Shown: one piece after another, positions 46,542 to 57,054 of the stretch
Numbering within the stretch: the stretch's first letter is position 1
Layout: every line of letters starts with the position of its first letter
DNA from: a virus
Virus record (IMG/VR): IMGVR_UViG_3300026189_000002
Location: 32,001 to 96,000 of that record
DNA: 64,000 bases
Strand: one strand, 5' to 3'
Made by a program: the position numbers and the translations under genes
Notes under the pieces: generated by a model
What the model saw: only the letters and a program-made list of their open reading frames with translations
The model's database searches: none
Told to the model about the DNA's origin: nothing

Positions 46542-47333
46542 ATGGCAATTGATTTAGACGCAATTCGTAGAAAGCTAAACCAGCTTTCAGGTCAAAATAC
46601 AAAAAAGAACACTATGTGGCGGCCAGTAGAAGGAGAAGAGCATACTGTTAGAATTCTTTCGTTTCCTGATAACGACGGACAACCTTTTAAGGAAAGGTGG
46701 TTTTACTATAACATTGGTAACAACCCCGGTCTTTTGGCTCCATATCAGTTTGGTAAGGATGATCCAATTCAAGAGCTAATAAATAAATTAAGAGATGATG
46801 GATCAAAAGAGTCTTACGAGCTAGCTAAAAAGCTTTATCCTAAAATGAGGTGTTATGCACCAGTTGTTGTTAGGGGTGAAGAAGACAAGGGAGTAATGCT
46901 CTGGTCTTTCGGTAAAATGGTATACCAGTCTTTATTAAACATTATGCTAGACGAAGACTACGGAGATATCACGGATCCTATCGATGGCCGTGACGTTAAG
47001 GTTATCTGTACAAAGGCGCCAGGAAGAATGTGGGCTTCTACAGAAGTAAGGCCACGAGGCAAGGCTTCAAAGCTTGCGAATTCTTCAAAAGAGGTATCTA
47101 CTATGATGGAAAGCATACCTTCTTTAGACGAGCTTTTTACTCTTAAGTCTTACGAGGAGTTAGAAAAAATAGTAAACGACTGGCTGAATGGAGATTCAGA
47201 AGAGTCTACTTCCGAAGGGACTTTTAGAGGAGGGAATACTTCTAGCTCAAGTACAACCACTACCGGTAGTTCAAACGAAACAACTAAGTACAAGTCTCTA
47301 GATGACGCTTTTGCAGACCTAGAAGATCTATAG
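46542..47333 (+). CDS. Single-stranded DNA-binding protein (gp32-like)
   Basis: W.P..GE..VRIL, DPI.E, V.VRG...GV..W.FG and YGDITDP..GRD motifs. Acidic tail LDDAFADLEDL. GGAGG SD before ATG 46542. Confidence 0.85.
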   Translation: MAIDLDAIRRKLNQLSGQNTKKNTMWRPVEGEEHTVRILSFPDNDGQPFKERWFYYNIGNNPGLLAPYQFGKDDPIQELINKLRDDGSKESYELAKKLYPKMRCYAPVVVRGEEDKGVMLWSFGKMVYQSLLNIMLDEDYGDITDPIDGRDVKVICTKAPGRMWASTEVRPRGKASKLANSSKEVSTMMESIPSLDELFTLKSYEELEKIVNDWLNGDSEESTSEGTFRGGNTSSSSTTTTGSSNETTKYKSLDDAFADLEDL

Positions 47334-47347
47334 GGTAGGAATTTAAA

Positions 47348-48535
47348 TTGGCTAAAAAATCAAATAAAGCGCAGGATTTTACAGACGATCTGATAAAATC
47401 TTTAAACAAAGAACACGGTGCAAAAATAGCTTACAACTTAGCTCATGACGATTCTCCTACGCACGTAAATAGGTGGATTAGTACTGGTTCTAAGCTTTTA
47501 GATTATACAGTCTCTAATCGGCCTGATGGTGGGCTTCCGGAGGGTCGAATTGTCGAAATTTTCGGCCCTCCGTCTATAGGTAAATCTCATATAGCAATAC
47601 AGATAGCCAAGTCGACTCAAGACTCTGGGGGTATCGTAGTATACATTGATACAGAAAACGCGACCAGCGTTGAAAACCTGTCTTTATTGGGCGTAGATAT
47701 TAGCAAGAGGTTTGTTTATGTTGATACTCACTGCACAGAAGAAGTTTTATCGATAGCAGAGGCTACTATTTTAAGAGCTAAAGCTATGAACAAAGACGTT
47801 CCTATTACTATAATTTGGGACTCTGTTGCAGCTACATCCCCTAAAGCTGAACTGATAGGTGATTATGATAAAGACAGCATTGGCCTTCAGGCTCGAGCTA
47901 TATCTAAGGGAATGAGAAAAATAACCGGAGTTATAGCTAATCAAAATGTTTTGATGGTTTGCTTAAATCAAATAAGAACAAAAATAGGCGTAATGTTTGG
48001 AGATCCTACAACAACTCCAGGAGGAAAAGCTATACCTTTTCACTCTTCGGTTAGGATAAAATTAGGCGCTGGTCAACCTATATTAGACAAAAACAAAGAA
48101 GTTATAGGAATAAACGTATCTGCTAAGACTATAAAAAATAAAGTTTCGCCACCGTTTAGAACTGTTAATTTTGAAATACACTTCGGAGTGGGCATAAAAG
48201 AACATGAACAAGTTTTTGATGTTTTAAGAAAACACGGCCCAGAAAATTTAGAAGGAAGAACCGTTGCAATAACAGGAACCGGTGCTTGGAAGTCTCTTAT
48301 AGTAAATGACTCTAATACCGGAGAAGTAATTGTGGAAAAAAAGTTTTATAAGTCAGATTTTGATGAAATATTAAAAAATCCAGAGTTTGCTCCTTATTGC
48401 GATTTTCTACTTCAGAAAGCAATGATTAAAACTATGTCCGATAACTCCAACGTAGACATAGATGTAGAGTCCTACGAAGAAGTAAAAAGTATATCGATGG
48501 AAATGTCTGATGAACTAATAGATCCGGAGGAATAA
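47348..48535 (+). CDS. recA: RecA/UvsX recombinase
   Basis: ISTGS..LD, GLPEGRIVEIFGPPSIGKS, YIDTE, WDSVAA, NQIR.KIG, TTPGGKA and KNKV.PPFR. Confidence 0.95.
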   Translation: MAKKSNKAQDFTDDLIKSLNKEHGAKIAYNLAHDDSPTHVNRWISTGSKLLDYTVSNRPDGGLPEGRIVEIFGPPSIGKSHIAIQIAKSTQDSGGIVVYIDTENATSVENLSLLGVDISKRFVYVDTHCTEEVLSIAEATILRAKAMNKDVPITIIWDSVAATSPKAELIGDYDKDSIGLQARAISKGMRKITGVIANQNVLMVCLNQIRTKIGVMFGDPTTTPGGKAIPFHSSVRIKLGAGQPILDKNKEVIGINVSAKTIKNKVSPPFRTVNFEIHFGVGIKEHEQVFDVLRKHGPENLEGRTVAITGTGAWKSLIVNDSNTGEVIVEKKFYKSDFDEILKNPEFAPYCDFLLQKAMIKTMSDNSNVDIDVESYEEVKSISMEMSDELIDPEE

Positions 48536-49491
48536 TGAAAAGGCCTGTTCTTCTAATAGATGGCCTAAATTTATTCATGAGGCACTTTGTCGTTAATCCT
48601 ACAATAGATGACTCCGGAAATCACGTTGGCGGAGTTGTTGGCTTTTTAAAATCTTTAGGTTACCTAGTAACAAGAGTTAATCCTTCTAGAGTAATAATAG
48701 CTTGGGAAGGAGGAGGCTCAGCTAGAAGAAGAGCTATATACAAAGACTACAAAAACAATAGAAGGCCTCAAAAGTTAAATCGTTATTATGGCGATCAAAT
48801 ACCAGATACGGTTGAAAATAGAAACAGCCAAATATCAAAAATAGTATCGATACTGAGGTCTGTTCCTGTTGATCAAATATATATTGACGATTGTGAAGCA
48901 GACGATATAATAGGATACATTGTAAAAAATAAAATACAGGAAAGGTCTGTTATAGCCTCTTCTGATAAAGATTTATATCAGCTTCTTTCAAAAAAAACTA
49001 TACAGTGGTCTCCTGGTCAAAAAAAGTTTATAACTAAAAAAGACCTAATAGACAAATTCGGAATATCCGCAACCAACTTTTGTACAGCTAGGTCTTTTAT
49101 AGGAGATTCTTCAGACGGCGTCGATGGAGTAAAACTAGCGGGTTTTAGATCTTTGTCAAAAAGATTCCCAGAGCTATCCGAAGATGCTTTTTTTAGCGTT
49201 CAAGATGTTTTTGATAGTTGTAAAAAAATAGAAGATAAGAAAAAGCTAAAATTGCACAACAACATAATAGAATCGATTGACTTAGCTAAAAGAAACTGGA
49301 AGCTAATGTATTTAGATATAACCAATTTGTCTGCAGAGCAAATTAAAAAAATAGATTTTTGTTTAGAAAATAAATGTAAATCCGCAAACAAAATGCAACT
49401 ATTAAAATCAATATCGAAATTGGGAATAAAAAATTTCGATATTGATTCTTTTTACTCAAATATGATTATTGTTAGGAAAAATAATGTCTGA
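48535..49491 (+). CDS. 5'-3' exonuclease / flap endonuclease (PolI N-terminal or T4 RNase H-like)
   Basis: LLIDG, YK.NR, EADDII, SSDKDLYQL and GDSSDGVDGV. Confidence 0.92.
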   Translation: MKRPVLLIDGLNLFMRHFVVNPTIDDSGNHVGGVVGFLKSLGYLVTRVNPSRVIIAWEGGGSARRRAIYKDYKNNRRPQKLNRYYGDQIPDTVENRNSQISKIVSILRSVPVDQIYIDDCEADDIIGYIVKNKIQERSVIASSDKDLYQLLSKKTIQWSPGQKKFITKKDLIDKFGISATNFCTARSFIGDSSDGVDGVKLAGFRSLSKRFPELSEDAFFSVQDVFDSCKKIEDKKKLKLHNNIIESIDLAKRNWKLMYLDITNLSAEQIKKIDFCLENKCKSANKMQLLKSISKLGIKNFDIDSFYSNMIIVRKNNV

Positions 49492-50893
49492 AGATTTTTT
49501 GCCAGCTCGATCAAGCAATCCGCATTTTGGACAATACGGAAAATCTTTTCAAGAAAAAATATTTCAATCTCTTATTTCAGATAGAGAATGGGCTGCACAA
49601 ATGGTTGAGGTTATGGATCCAAACTTTTTTGATGTATCATACCTAGAATACTTAAGTGACAAGTTTTTTTCTTACTATAGAAAATATAAATGTTTTCCAA
49701 CTCTAGGATTGCTTGTAACGATTATAAAAGATTCTCTTTCGGAAAGAGACGATACTATATTAAGAGATCAGATCGTACAGTTTTTACACAGAATAAAATC
49801 TAGCCCAGATGTTAGTGATCTTGCTTTTGTTAAGGATAAGTCTTTAGATTTTTGCAGAAAGCAAGCATTCAAAGATGCTCTAGAGCAGGCAGTAGACTTG
49901 ATACAAACAGAGAAATTTGAACACGTATTAACTCTTATGAGGCACGCTGTTTCTGTAGGATTACCTAGCAGCACTGGACACGACTTTTTTGAAGATGCTG
50001 AAGCAAGATTTGTAAAAATAAATAGGCAGGTATGCCCAACTGGTCTTCCTAGGCTAGATGCAAAAGATGTGCTTCAGGGAGGTCTAGGTCGAGGCGAAAT
50101 AGGCGTAGTTACTGCAAACACTGGCGTAGGAAAGTCACATTGGCTTGTAGCTATGGGTGCTAACGCAATGAGAAACGGTAAAAATGTTTTACACTATACG
50201 TTTGAATTAACGGAGCACGCCGTAGGACTTAGGTATGATTCGAATCTTTGCAATATACCTTCTAATGAAGTGCAAGATAGAAAATCTAAAGTTATGAAGC
50301 ATTATGAAGATTCGGATTACGGAAGATTAGTAATTAAAGAATATCCTACAGGCTCAGCTACGGTTATAACGATTAGAAACCACGTAGAAAAACTAATGCT
50401 TAAAGGATTTAGGCCCTCTGTTATTATAATCGATTATGCAGATATTATGAGGTCTACTAGAAGTTATGACTCTTTAAGGCATGAACTAAAGCTAATTTAC
50501 GAAGAATTAAGAAATCTAGCTATGGACTTAAACATACCGATTTGGACAGCTTCTCAAGCAAACAGGGATTCTGCAAATTCTGATATTGTAGGACTAGAAA
50601 ATATGTCTGAAGCCTATGGAAAAGCTATGGTAGCAGATTTAGTAATATCGATATCTAGAAAAGCAACAGAAAAATCTACAGGATCAGGAAGATTGTTTGT
50701 AGCAAAAAATAGAGCAGGAAGAGACGGAATACTTTTTCCTATTCACATTGACACTTCCAGAAGTACTTTTGAAATATTAGATGAAAATTCGCTAACTCTA
50801 GAAGAAGCAGTAAATCAAAACCAAAATGATATGAAGATGCTGCTTAAGAAGAAGTGGAAACAGGTGGAGGCTGAAAATGGAAAAGCAGGTTAG
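49484..50893 (+). CDS. dnaB: Replicative DNA helicase (DnaB/gp41-like)
   Basis: Walker A ANTGVGKS, HYTFEL, IKEYP, IIDYAD, TASQANR and KNR.GRDG. Confidence 0.93.
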   Translation: MSEDFLPARSSNPHFGQYGKSFQEKIFQSLISDREWAAQMVEVMDPNFFDVSYLEYLSDKFFSYYRKYKCFPTLGLLVTIIKDSLSERDDTILRDQIVQFLHRIKSSPDVSDLAFVKDKSLDFCRKQAFKDALEQAVDLIQTEKFEHVLTLMRHAVSVGLPSSTGHDFFEDAEARFVKINRQVCPTGLPRLDAKDVLQGGLGRGEIGVVTANTGVGKSHWLVAMGANAMRNGKNVLHYTFELTEHAVGLRYDSNLCNIPSNEVQDRKSKVMKHYEDSDYGRLVIKEYPTGSATVITIRNHVEKLMLKGFRPSVIIIDYADIMRSTRSYDSLRHELKLIYEELRNLAMDLNIPIWTASQANRDSANSDIVGLENMSEAYGKAMVADLVISISRKATEKSTGSGRLFVAKNRAGRDGILFPIHIDTSRSTFEILDENSLTLEEAVNQNQNDMKMLLKKKWKQVEAENGKAG

Positions 50894-51365
50894 TTTTAGA
50901 TTTACTTCTGATTGTTTAGATGAATTAGTTTCTAGCAATCAAAGCCCAAGAGAAGTTGCAGATCAAATAATAGGCGTTGGCCACATAGATCTTTTTAATA
51001 TGTCTGAAGACACGACAATCTTAGGAAGAACAAAGTATGTAGCTTTCGGAGAAGAAAACTGCAGCACTATTAAAACCGGAATTAAATTAGCTTTGCCCGA
51101 AGATGTAATTGGAATACTTTCGGGAACTGAAGAGCTAAATAATACCGGAGTGATAGTAAGGCAAAATATATTTTTTCACGGAAATACAAACGAGGTTTTA
51201 GTTAGTTTTTTAAACTTAGGTGAAAAAGACGTTGTTTTAAAGAAAGGGTTTAGGGTTCCTGCAAAAATTATTTTTGTTTCTTCGGCTAAGTCTATAGACG
51301 TCGTTAGCGATTTAGAATACTTAGATAAGACAGCCGTCGATCAACAAAATTCGGAGAATCAATGA
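50877..51365 (+). CDS. dUTPase-fold protein lacking catalytic motifs
   Basis: [10 protein letters not shown]...G...GV.V......G..NEV.V...N.G...V.L.KG.R resembles a trimeric dUTPase, but RS, ID.DY and RG..GFGS are absent. Confidence 0.55.
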   Translation: MEKQVSFRFTSDCLDELVSSNQSPREVADQIIGVGHIDLFNMSEDTTILGRTKYVAFGEENCSTIKTGIKLALPEDVIGILSGTEELNNTGVIVRQNIFFHGNTNEVLVSFLNLGEKDVVLKKGFRVPAKIIFVSSAKSIDVVSDLEYLDKTAVDQQNSENQ

Positions 51366-52327
51366 ACGAACCAATTCTGCTAGAAAATAAAAATAGATTT
51401 GTAATTTACCCAATAAAACATGACGATATATGGTCTTCTTTTAAAAAACAAGAAGCTAGTTTTTGGACAGCCGAAGAAATAGACTTAAATCAAGATCTTG
51501 TCGATTGGAAAAAATTAAGTAATGACGAAAAACATTTTATAAAGCATGTACTAGCATTTTTTGCCGCTAGCGATGGCATAGTAAATGAAAACCTATGTTT
51601 TAGGTTTATAAACGAGGTCCAGTACCCTGAAGCTAGAGCAGCTTATACTTTTCAAGCAGCAATGGAAACTATACACAGCGAAACTTACAGCTTACTTATA
51701 GACACTTATGTTGAAAACGAAGAAGAAAAGCTCAGCCTTTTACACGCTATAGAAAATCTCCCGTCAGTATCTAGAAAAGCAGACTGGGCCATGAAGTGGA
51801 TAGACAGTGATACAAGCTTTGCTCATAGATTAGTGGCTTTTGCAGCAGTAGAAGGAATATTTTTCAGTGGTTCTTTTTGCGCTATATTCTGGCTAAAGCA
51901 TAGAGGGCTAGGTATGCCTGGCTTGACTTTTTCAAACGAATTAATTAGTAGAGATGAAGCTATGCATACAGATTTTGCAATTATGCTATATAGGCGCCAT
52001 CTTCAGAATAAATTAGACGAAGAAGAGGTTAGACAGATTATTTCTGAAGCAGTATCCATAGAAAAAGAGTTTGTATGCGAGTCTTTGCCGGTTTCTTTAA
52101 TAGGCATGAATTCTGAATCAATGTCTTCTTACATAGAGTTTGTAGCAGATAGGCTTTTGACAGACTTAGGATATTCTAAGCTTTATAATACTAAAAATCC
52201 ATTTCAGTGGATGGAAATGTTGGCGTTAGAAGGAAAAACTAATTTTTTTGAAAGAAAAGTTTCGGAATATGCAAAGGCCGGCGTAGTATCAGGAAATAAT
52301 GACCTTACTTGGGATGAAGAATTCTAA
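51362..52327 (+). CDS. nrdB: Ribonucleotide reductase class Ia beta subunit
   Basis: [42 protein letters not shown] and KTNFFE. Confidence 0.97.
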   Translation: MNEPILLENKNRFVIYPIKHDDIWSSFKKQEASFWTAEEIDLNQDLVDWKKLSNDEKHFIKHVLAFFAASDGIVNENLCFRFINEVQYPEARAAYTFQAAMETIHSETYSLLIDTYVENEEEKLSLLHAIENLPSVSRKADWAMKWIDSDTSFAHRLVAFAAVEGIFFSGSFCAIFWLKHRGLGMPGLTFSNELISRDEAMHTDFAIMLYRRHLQNKLDEEEVRQIISEAVSIEKEFVCESLPVSLIGMNSESMSSYIEFVADRLLTDLGYSKLYNTKNPFQWMEMLALEGKTNFFERKVSEYAKAGVVSGNNDLTWDEEF

Positions 52328-54681
52328 TGCACCAATACGTTATTAAGAGCAGTGGCGAAAAAGAAACGATAAAATTTGATAAAATAACTAGAAGAATAAG
52401 AAATCAGTGCAAAGGCTTAAACAGCAATTTTGTAAGCCCTTTAAATGTAACTAGGAAAGTTGCTGAATCTGTTATTGATGGAATAACAACAGAACAAATA
52501 GATTACATGATTTCTCAAGAGTGCGCAAGAATGGTCACGATACACCCCGACTATTCTTTGCTAGGAGCTAGAGTTTTAATAACTAGATGGCAAAAGTCTA
52601 TACCTCTTAGTTTCTCTGAAAATATCGGTATACTATATGATTATATAGATCCAACTACCGGAAAGCATGCTCCTTTAGTTAGTTCTGAAATACAAGAATT
52701 AGTTTCAAAACCTTCTTTCGCTAGAAAAATAGATCGATCTATTATACACGACAGAGACTATAATCTAGACTACTTTGGCTTGATGACTTTACAAAGAGGT
52801 TATTTAAAATCTCACAACGGGCAAATATTAGAGACCCCTCAGTTTATGTGGATGAGAGTTGCTCTAGGTATTCATGGAGAAGATATAGTTAGTGCGATAA
52901 GGTGTTATGAGAGTATGTCTCAAGGATACTATACTCATGCAACCCCAACCTTGTTTAATGCAGGAACATCTAGACAACAAATGTCGTCTTGCTTTTTGCA
53001 AGCTATGAAAAACGACTCTATAAAAGGGATATTCGAAACTTTCTTAGAAATGGCAGAAATATCAAAGCACGCCGGCGGAATTGGTGTTCACATACACGAT
53101 ATAAGGGCAAAGGGTTCTTACATAGCAGGGACTGGAGGAACTAGCAACGGAATAGTTCCCATGTTAAAAGTAATGAACGAAGAAGCTAGGTATGTAGATC
53201 AAGGCGGCGGGAAAAGAAAAGGGTCTTTTGCTGTTTATCTAGAGCCTTGGCATGCAGATATAGAGGATTTCTTGGAATTAAAGAAAAACCACGGAAAAGA
53301 AGAGTTGAGAGCAAGAGATCTTTTTTATGCCCTTTGGATACCAGACCTTTTTATGAAATCTGTAAAAGAAGATGGCGACTGGCATTTAATGTGCCCAAAA
53401 GAATGCCCAGGCCTTTCAGAAGTTTGGGGAGACGATTTTGAAAATCTGTATAATTCTTACGTAGAAAAAAACAAATTTAGGGAAAAATTAAAAGCTAGAG
53501 AACTTTGGGTAAAAATTATAAAAGCTCAAATAGAAACTGGAACTCCTTACATATTATACAAAGACTCTTGTAATAAGAAGTCTAATCAAAAAAACCTAGG
53601 GACTATAAAATCCAGCAATCTTTGCACAGAGATAATTCAGTACTCTAAGGATGGGGAGACTGCTGTATGTAATTTAGCGTCTATAGCAGTTAACAAGTTT
53701 ATATCTGGAAAAAATGTAGACTATGATAAAATAGCTTCTGCATCTTACGAAATAACTGAAAATCTAAATAAGATTATAGACAGAAACTATTATCCTACAG
53801 AACCAGCCGAAGTTTCTAATATGCTACACAGGCCTATCGGTATCGGAATACAAGGGCTAGCAGACCTTTTTGCTGCTCTTAAGCTGGATTTTGATTCTGA
53901 AAAATCTAGAGAAATAAACAAGAGAATATTTTCTTCTATATACTACGGAGCCCTTAAGGCTTCTTGTGATTTAGCTAAAAACTCTGAGCCTTATAGTTCT
54001 TTTGAAGGCAGCCCAGCGAGTGAAGGCATTTTGCAATTTGATTTATGGGGAATAGATCCGGACGAAAATTACAACTGGAAATCTTTAAAAAACAGAATTA
54101 AAAAGCACGGTTTAAAAAACTCGCTGCTAATAGCTCCCATGCCGACAGCTTCTACTAGCCAAATATTAGGAAACAACGAGTGCTTCGAGCCGTTTACTTC
54201 CAACATTTACGTTAGAAGAGTTTTATCCGGCGAGTTTATAATGGTAAACAAGCATTTAGTTAGAGACCTAATAGAAATTGGCATGTGGTCAGAAAATATA
54301 AAAGATGATATAATCAGGGGAAATGGGTCTATACAGCATATCAATTACATACCTGAAGAAATAAAATCTAGATACAGAACGGTTTGGGAGATGTCTATGA
54401 AATCAATTATAGAAATGGCCGCAGATAGAGCTCCATACATTTGTCAATCCCAGTCTATGAACTTATTTTTAGCAGAGCCCAACGTTGGAAAAGTTAACTC
54501 TATGCATTTTTACGCTTGGGAAAACGGCTTAAAAACAGGCATGTACTACTTGAGATCCAAACCAGCTAGTCAGTCAAAGAAAATTACGATAGAAGAAAAC
54601 AGCAACACTCAAGCAGAAGATCAGGAAGGCTTGATGTGTTCATTAGAAAACCCAGAATCCTGTGAAATGTGTAGTGGATAA
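52327..54681 (+). CDS. nrdA: Ribonucleotide reductase class Ia alpha subunit (ATP cone)
   Basis: N-terminal ATP cone, HATPTLFNAG, SSCF, SNLCTEI, CNLAS, APMPTAS, KTGMYYLR and C-terminal CxxC. Confidence 0.97.
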   Translation: MHQYVIKSSGEKETIKFDKITRRIRNQCKGLNSNFVSPLNVTRKVAESVIDGITTEQIDYMISQECARMVTIHPDYSLLGARVLITRWQKSIPLSFSENIGILYDYIDPTTGKHAPLVSSEIQELVSKPSFARKIDRSIIHDRDYNLDYFGLMTLQRGYLKSHNGQILETPQFMWMRVALGIHGEDIVSAIRCYESMSQGYYTHATPTLFNAGTSRQQMSSCFLQAMKNDSIKGIFETFLEMAEISKHAGGIGVHIHDIRAKGSYIAGTGGTSNGIVPMLKVMNEEARYVDQGGGKRKGSFAVYLEPWHADIEDFLELKKNHGKEELRARDLFYALWIPDLFMKSVKEDGDWHLMCPKECPGLSEVWGDDFENLYNSYVEKNKFREKLKARELWVKIIKAQIETGTPYILYKDSCNKKSNQKNLGTIKSSNLCTEIIQYSKDGETAVCNLASIAVNKFISGKNVDYDKIASASYEITENLNKIIDRNYYPTEPAEVSNMLHRPIGIGIQGLADLFAALKLDFDSEKSREINKRIFSSIYYGALKASCDLAKNSEPYSSFEGSPASEGILQFDLWGIDPDENYNWKSLKNRIKKHGLKNSLLIAPMPTASTSQILGNNECFEPFTSNIYVRRVLSGEFIMVNKHLVRDLIEIGMWSENIKDDIIRGNGSIQHINYIPEEIKSRYRTVWEMSMKSIIEMAADRAPYICQSQSMNLFLAEPNVGKVNSMHFYAWENGLKTGMYYLRSKPASQSKKITIEENSNTQAEDQEGLMCSLENPESCEMCSG

Positions 54682-55283
54682 TGAAGTACGTATCTAAAAT
54701 ATCGCCATTAATAAAAGAAGTAGAGCTAAGAAAAAACCCTATAATGATAAGGGTTAATAAGTTTGATGAAGATTCTGCAAGAAAATTCTCTGCTGAAATA
54801 GCTGCTGCTCACAATACGGGTCAAAAAATAATACCAATTGTTATTGACTCTTACGGCGGCCAAGTTTATAGCCTAATGTCTATGATTGGAGCAATACAAA
54901 ATTCAGAACTTCCTATAGCCACAATAGTAGAAGGAAAAGCGATGTCGTGCGGCGCTGTACTTTTTTCTTTTGGTGAAGAAGGAAGAAGATTTATGGATAA
55001 AAATGCAACGATTATGATACACGATGTTTCTTCTATGGATTTTGGAAAAGTAGAAGAACTAAAAGCAGGCGCAAAAGAGGCAGACAGATTAAATAAAATA
55101 ATATATAAAATGATGGCTCAAAACTGTGGTCATGATGATGACTACTTTATGGAAATAGTCGACAAGAAAAAGCATGCAGATTGGTTTATTGACGCTAAAG
55201 AAGCATCCAAGCACAACTTGGCCAACCACATAAGAATTCCCACTATTGATATTGACATATCGGTTAAGATTAGGCTAAAATGA
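54681..55283 (+). CDS. clpP: ClpP-like serine protease
   Basis: IDSYGG.V, AMSCG (Ser), MIHD (His) and DWF...EA.... Confidence 0.85.
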   Translation: MKYVSKISPLIKEVELRKNPIMIRVNKFDEDSARKFSAEIAAAHNTGQKIIPIVIDSYGGQVYSLMSMIGAIQNSELPIATIVEGKAMSCGAVLFSFGEEGRRFMDKNATIMIHDVSSMDFGKVEELKAGAKEADRLNKIIYKMMAQNCGHDDDYFMEIVDKKKHADWFIDAKEASKHNLANHIRIPTIDIDISVKIRLK

Positions 55284-55999
55284 AAATTGATCTGTATGAT
55301 GACGGAATAGGCTCTCTGGATTACGTTCAACACGTTGGTTCCGATCTAACAATAGTAAATTCCGCTAGAGTATCTTTTGGAAAAGAAAAAGAGGAAATAG
55401 ACGAAAAGGATAAAAAGCTAATAAGCTACCTTATTAAGCATAAGCATACTTCTACTCTAGAGCACAATATAATTACTTTTAGGTGCAAAGTTCCATTGTT
55501 TGTTAGGTCTCAGCATCACAGGCATAGAACTTGGTCTTACAATGAAATAAGCAGAAGGTATACTAGTATAGACATGCAGTTCTATGAGCCTAAAAGTTTC
55601 AGAACTCAGCACAAGTCAAATAGGCAATCAAGTAACGACGAATTAATTAATCCTGATATAAACGATTTTAATAATAGGCCATTACCTGTTTCTGCATATT
55701 ATGCAAATCAGGCAGTCAAGGATCACAATACCAGAAGTTTAGGATTATATAATAAGCTTCTGGAAAAGGGTATTTGTAGAGAGCAAGCCAGGGGAGTTTT
55801 GCCACAAAGTCTTTATACTGAGTATTATGCAACTTGCAATCTTAATAATCTATTAAAGTTTGTTTCTCTTAGAACGCATGAAGGAGCGCAATGGGAAATA
55901 AGGCAGTTGGCTTTAGCCATGTTAAAAGTTGCCAAAGACTTGTGGCCGATCACTATAGAATCTTATGAGAGTGTAAACGATGTCAAATTATCCGGTTAG
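55280..55999 (+). CDS. thyX: Flavin-dependent thymidylate synthase
   Basis: VNSARVS, HTSTLEH, RHR..SYNEISRRY, REQARGVLP and LR....AQWEIR. Confidence 0.96.
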   Translation: MKIDLYDDGIGSLDYVQHVGSDLTIVNSARVSFGKEKEEIDEKDKKLISYLIKHKHTSTLEHNIITFRCKVPLFVRSQHHRHRTWSYNEISRRYTSIDMQFYEPKSFRTQHKSNRQSSNDELINPDINDFNNRPLPVSAYYANQAVKDHNTRSLGLYNKLLEKGICREQARGVLPQSLYTEYYATCNLNNLLKFVSLRTHEGAQWEIRQLALAMLKVAKDLWPITIESYESVNDVKLSG

Positions 56000-56780
56000 A
56001 GGCTACGTTAAAGATGAAAAGTCTTTTCACACATACAGAGACTGGAGTTCCGCAGTTGATTTTTTGTTATCTTCTCAAAATCTAGGAATTGATACTCGTG
56101 GAGGAAATTTGTCTTGCAAGCTAAAAGATTGTGATGAAAAAGAGCTTCAGACAACCGAAGAGGTAATAGACTATTTTTTTGGTCATATAAAGCAAGATAT
56201 AGATAGATACGATTTACTAAGCGAAAAATCATATTTTGACTTCATAGAAGATTTTATAAATCACAAATTTTGGGCATTAGAAAAAAACTACTCGTCTTAT
56301 TTTAAAGATTTTAAAACGTGCAGGCTTTCTTTTTTATATAGCAGAGGCGACATAGAACCCTACGTTTTAATAGATGATAACTTTACTAACCAAATTTACG
56401 GAAGCCTTTTTAATCCAATCGAAGTTATCCACTATACAACCCAGGATGGATTACAAAATATAAAAAAATCAATCGATAGTGGTCTGCAATTTGACATAAG
56501 CACTATGACTATAAAGTCTAGAGACTTTTTTGATAGTAAATCAAACGTAGAAGTCAGGCTTTTAGGAAACGCTAAGGCCATCTTTAGAAGTGACGTAAAG
56601 TCATTTGCTGTTTCAAATGGTAATAGAGCAGCGAATTTATTAAGGTTTGAATATCCGGGAAAAAATATTACCAACCTATGCTATAATGCTTTGGGCTGCG
56701 AATCCGAATTAAAAACGGGTATATGGAACGAGATAATAGCAACTCCAATAAAAATTTTAGATTTTAAGCTTATAAATTAG
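55980..56780 (+). CDS. Hypothetical protein (possible ADP-ribosyltransferase-like fold)
   Basis: 266-aa ORF with a HYT...G..NI, IST, WNEII arrangement. Confidence 0.4.
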   Translation: MSNYPVRGYVKDEKSFHTYRDWSSAVDFLLSSQNLGIDTRGGNLSCKLKDCDEKELQTTEEVIDYFFGHIKQDIDRYDLLSEKSYFDFIEDFINHKFWALEKNYSSYFKDFKTCRLSFLYSRGDIEPYVLIDDNFTNQIYGSLFNPIEVIHYTTQDGLQNIKKSIDSGLQFDISTMTIKSRDFFDSKSNVEVRLLGNAKAIFRSDVKSFAVSNGNRAANLLRFEYPGKNITNLCYNALGCESELKTGIWNEIIATPIKILDFKLIN

Positions 56781-56832
56781 TTCACCACTCTTATAATTTT
56801 TATGACATTAAAAGTCTTAAGAAAGGATAAAC

Positions 56833-57054
56833 ATGAACTATAAAATGTCTGATTTTAGTATCTCTCAAATTGTTAGATTAATTCAAATGGGTATATTGAC
56901 AGGTACAGATGTATCTGATCAACTAAGAACATTCGAGCTTTGCGTAAACAGCGAAGGTAATTTAGACCCATCCCCAGAGTTTATTGATAATTTTCAAAAC
57001 AATATTACTAAGTTAGAGAAGCAAGCTCTTGAAGCACAGGCAGAAACAGAATAA
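56833..57054 (+). CDS. Hypothetical protein
   Basis: AAGGA SD. 73-aa ORF (ILTGTDVSDQLR). Confidence 0.65.
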   Translation: MNYKMSDFSISQIVRLIQMGILTGTDVSDQLRTFELCVNSEGNLDPSPEFIDNFQNNITKLEKQALEAQAETE

